Assembly: GCA_029858305.1 (NCBI GenBank)
Contig: JAOUFI010000025.1
Location: forward strand, 1 to 29,815
DNA: 29,815 nucleotides
Origin: Candidatus Thorarchaeota archaeon
GTDB taxonomy: Archaea > Asgardarchaeota > Thorarchaeia > Thorarchaeales > Thorarchaeaceae
Reading direction: 5' to 3'
Numbering within the stretch: position 1 is the first letter of the stretch; each line of letters begins with the position of its first letter. A program made the position numbers and the translations under genes. The notes under the pieces are model-generated. The model did no database searches, was not told the origin of the DNA, and saw only the letters and a list, made by a program, of their open reading frames with translations. Positions 27,640 through 29,815 of the stretch are shown piece by piece.

Positions 27640-28533
27640 TCAGAAGAAGTCCATAAGACCTGTTTGTGTTACCAAGGTAATATCTGAGTCCAAATCGATG
27701 TTATACCCAATTATCTGCCTGAGATCCACAACCATAATAGAGGTGTCAATTCTAGTTACCATGAGGGATCCCTTCATTCCAACGATTTCACCAACAATTG
27801 CTTTTCCATCAATTGGTTCAGAACGCTTTCTCCATGGACTAGGTTGAGATTCTAAATCCTTCAGGGTGTAATGTGATGATAAATCAAAAAGCTCGACATT
27901 CGAATTGAGCTCAAGGTGACTTGCACTCTCCATAAATTGTTCTAATAATGCATGAGCCGCTGTCATGTCAAGTTTATCGAGCAGGGCTCGAGTCTTTCGC
28001 TCGGAACGAACCTGTTTGGTTATTCCTTGTAGTCGACCTATTCTATCCTCAACCCGACGGGCTGTCCGCCCACCCTCAATCTCTCGAAGCACGCCAGCAT
28101 AATCTGCACCTTGCTCAACCCATCGAGTAAGCGCTCTGCCTTTTGATGAAACGCCCACTTTTAGAGTACCATCATTAAAGAGGACAGCATAGATGACATA
28201 AGTTGTGGCATCACATTGTAATTTGCGAGCCTCAATTGCATCGCATCTTCGACCATCACACCTGATACAAGGATCTGCTATGTCGCCAGCTTGACATGGA
28301 CCACACTTCTGTCCTGTTCCGAGAACGATTGAATTCTCAGGACAACGTTCGAGCCTACCCGAGGCAGTGATGCTACCTATACATCTCTTTGGCCCATGAA
28401 GTGTCCATGAGAGTTCCTTTTTGGGGGGCAGAGCTAAAAAAGCAGGTTCTGGATCATCTTTTCTCCAAACTGTCAGACCTGCATCAAAATGGACAGCATT
28501 CTTTTGTTTCCATGCGATTTCGGCTACTTGCAT
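27640..28533 (-). CDS. DUF2797-like zinc-binding protein
   Basis: Cys-rich N-terminus (CIG...C...C..C...C..C...C), YVIYA...LKVGVS...RWVEQGA, A...E, GEIVGMKG..L, DLR.IIG. Confidence 0.75.
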   Translation of the reverse strand: MQVAEIAWKQKNAVHFDAGLTVWRKDDPEPAFLALPPKKELSWTLHGPKRCIGSITASGRLERCPENSIVLGTGQKCGPCQAGDIADPCIRCDGRRCDAIEARKLQCDATTYVIYAVLFNDGTLKVGVSSKGRALTRWVEQGADYAGVLREIEGGRTARRVEDRIGRLQGITKQVRSERKTRALLDKLDMTAAHALLEQFMESASHLELNSNVELFDLSSHYTLKDLESQPSPWRKRSEPIDGKAIVGEIVGMKGSLMVTRIDTSIMVVDLRQIIGYNIDLDSDITLVTQTGLMDFF

Positions 28534-28542
28534 ATCAAGACC

Positions 28543-29589
28543 TCAGAAGAATCCAATCTGACCCTTGCCACGGACCATCCACTGCACTCCAGACATGTTC
28601 AGATCAGCATTACATTTGGGACATCGACCGTCCTCATTTAGGTTATTACTCTTGAGGTAGACTGAATGTCGCTCAACCGCTTTGAATCCACATTCAGGGC
28701 AGTACGTATTCTCATAGTCATGCCCGGGAATATTCCCTGAATAGACGAATTCCAAACCAGCTAATTTTGCAATTTCAATATGTTTCTCGAGCATTTGAAC
28801 TGGTGTTCGAGGTATATGTGTCAACTTGTAGGTGGGCGAGAATGCAGTAACATGAAAGGGTGTGCGAGGACCTAGATTGTCAACAATCCATCCAGCTAAC
28901 TTCTTTGTATCTTCGGGATGGTCACCAACTTGCGGTATGATGAGATTGGTAATTTCAATCAGAATTCCTTTCTCATTCATATGTTGCATTGCAGACAAAA
29001 TGGGCTCTACCTTGGGAACCGACATCAAGTTATTGTAGAACTCCTTATTCCCACTACCCTTAAAATTCACTGAGGCTGCATTGAGATAAGGAGCGATATA
29101 ATCAATTGCTTCATGAGTCATGTAACCGTTTGTAACGAAAGTATTGTACATACCTTTTGAATGAGCAATCTCAGCTGTATCGTGAGCTAACTCCATGAAT
29201 ACAGTAGGTTCTGTGTAGGTATATGTGATTCCTCCACACTTGTATCTCTCTGCCAACTCAATAATAGAAGATGGACTCAACTGCTCTCCAACAGGATGTT
29301 CCCTATGAGCCGAGTGATAATTCAAGCAAAATTGACAACGGAAATTGCAGGACGAAGTGCTGATTGAGAAAGCATGACTTCCTGGGGCAAAATGAAACAA
29401 TGGTTTCTTTTCTATTGGATCTGCAGCCATCCCATCAATCAAACCATACACCTTGGTGTATAGCTTTCCATCCTTCATAGTTCTCACACGACAGAAACCT
29501 GTTTCTCCATCGTGGAGGACACAACGTCTAGCGCACAGATCGCAGCGAATTCCTGATTTTAAGTTAGAATAGAGTGCAGCCTCTCTCAT
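28543..29589 (-). CDS. amrS: AmmeMemoRadiSam system radical SAM enzyme
   Basis: CDLCARRC...GFCRVR, DPIEKKPLFHF.PG, CNFRCQFCLN, YTYTEP, VTNGY, VYSGN.PG, TYCPECG, CPKC. Confidence 0.92.
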   Translation of the reverse strand: MREAALYSNLKSGIRCDLCARRCVLHDGETGFCRVRTMKDGKLYTKVYGLIDGMAADPIEKKPLFHFAPGSHAFSISTSSCNFRCQFCLNYHSAHREHPVGEQLSPSSIIELAERYKCGGITYTYTEPTVFMELAHDTAEIAHSKGMYNTFVTNGYMTHEAIDYIAPYLNAASVNFKGSGNKEFYNNLMSVPKVEPILSAMQHMNEKGILIEITNLIIPQVGDHPEDTKKLAGWIVDNLGPRTPFHVTAFSPTYKLTHIPRTPVQMLEKHIEIAKLAGLEFVYSGNIPGHDYENTYCPECGFKAVERHSVYLKSNNLNEDGRCPKCNADLNMSGVQWMVRGKGQIGFF

Positions 29590-29718
29590 CTCATATTACC
29601 ACTCAATCCACAACTTATCGGTCTTACGGTACTACATATGCTTTCTCCTTGTTTCAGCAATTCATAGAGTGAGACAGAATTTAAAGGAAAAGAAGTATAA
29701 TAAAGCAAGAATCATCAA

Positions 29719-29815
29719 ATGCCTGAACCAAGTGAGATTGAAAGAGTTGGCAGTCTATTTAGCTCAATATCTGACCAGAGTAAACCGTTCCTAGATAAGT
29801 GCTCAAAAACCAAAT
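29719..29815 (+). CDS. 5' end of a hypothetical gene truncated by the window edge
   Basis: ATG at 29719 opens MPEPSEIERVGSLFSSISDQSKPFLDKCSKTK to the window end. AT-rich promoter-like sequence lies upstream. Confidence 0.45.
   Translation, partial: MPEPSEIERVGSLFSSISDQSKPFLDKCSKTK

Overview
Archaeal chromosomal window. The gene content (roadblock/LC7, two longin-domain proteins, a V4R-like protein, a gelsolin-like protein, cdc48, topoisomerase VI) points to an Asgard archaeon, probably Thorarchaeia-like; this lineage call is inference. Housekeeping genes include an aminotransferase, a HIT protein, hsp20-cdc48, an FAD oxidoreductase, an M50 protease, top6B/top6A, DUF2797 and amrS. Four things stand out. 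(1) A ~7 kb island (about 10560-17600) appears to have inserted into the 3' end of the FAD-oxidoreductase gene. A diverged, stop-containing second copy of that gene's last ~57 codons lies at 10381-10554, a possible tyrosine-integrase relic lies at 17324-17411, and the cargo is a ~2070-aa surface protein with Ca-binding repeats, fascin-like and NHL regions and a hydrophobic helical core. (2) Downstream of cdc48 is a minus-strand cluster encoding an alpha-SNAP-like/Ig/coiled-coil protein, a gelsolin-like mini-protein, a membrane protein with a polyproline tail and a V4R-like protein. (3) In the topo VI locus, subunit A lacks the second Asp of the Toprim DxD motif, and the genes are followed by a coiled-coil/wHTH protein and a PD-(D/E)xK nuclease. 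(4) A tandem pair of longin+wHTH (NPRL2/NPRL3-like) paralogs lies near a roadblock gene. The hsp20-cdc48 promoter has tandem palindromic operator-like sites and a structured leader. All family assignments come from motif recognition by eye; no searches were run.
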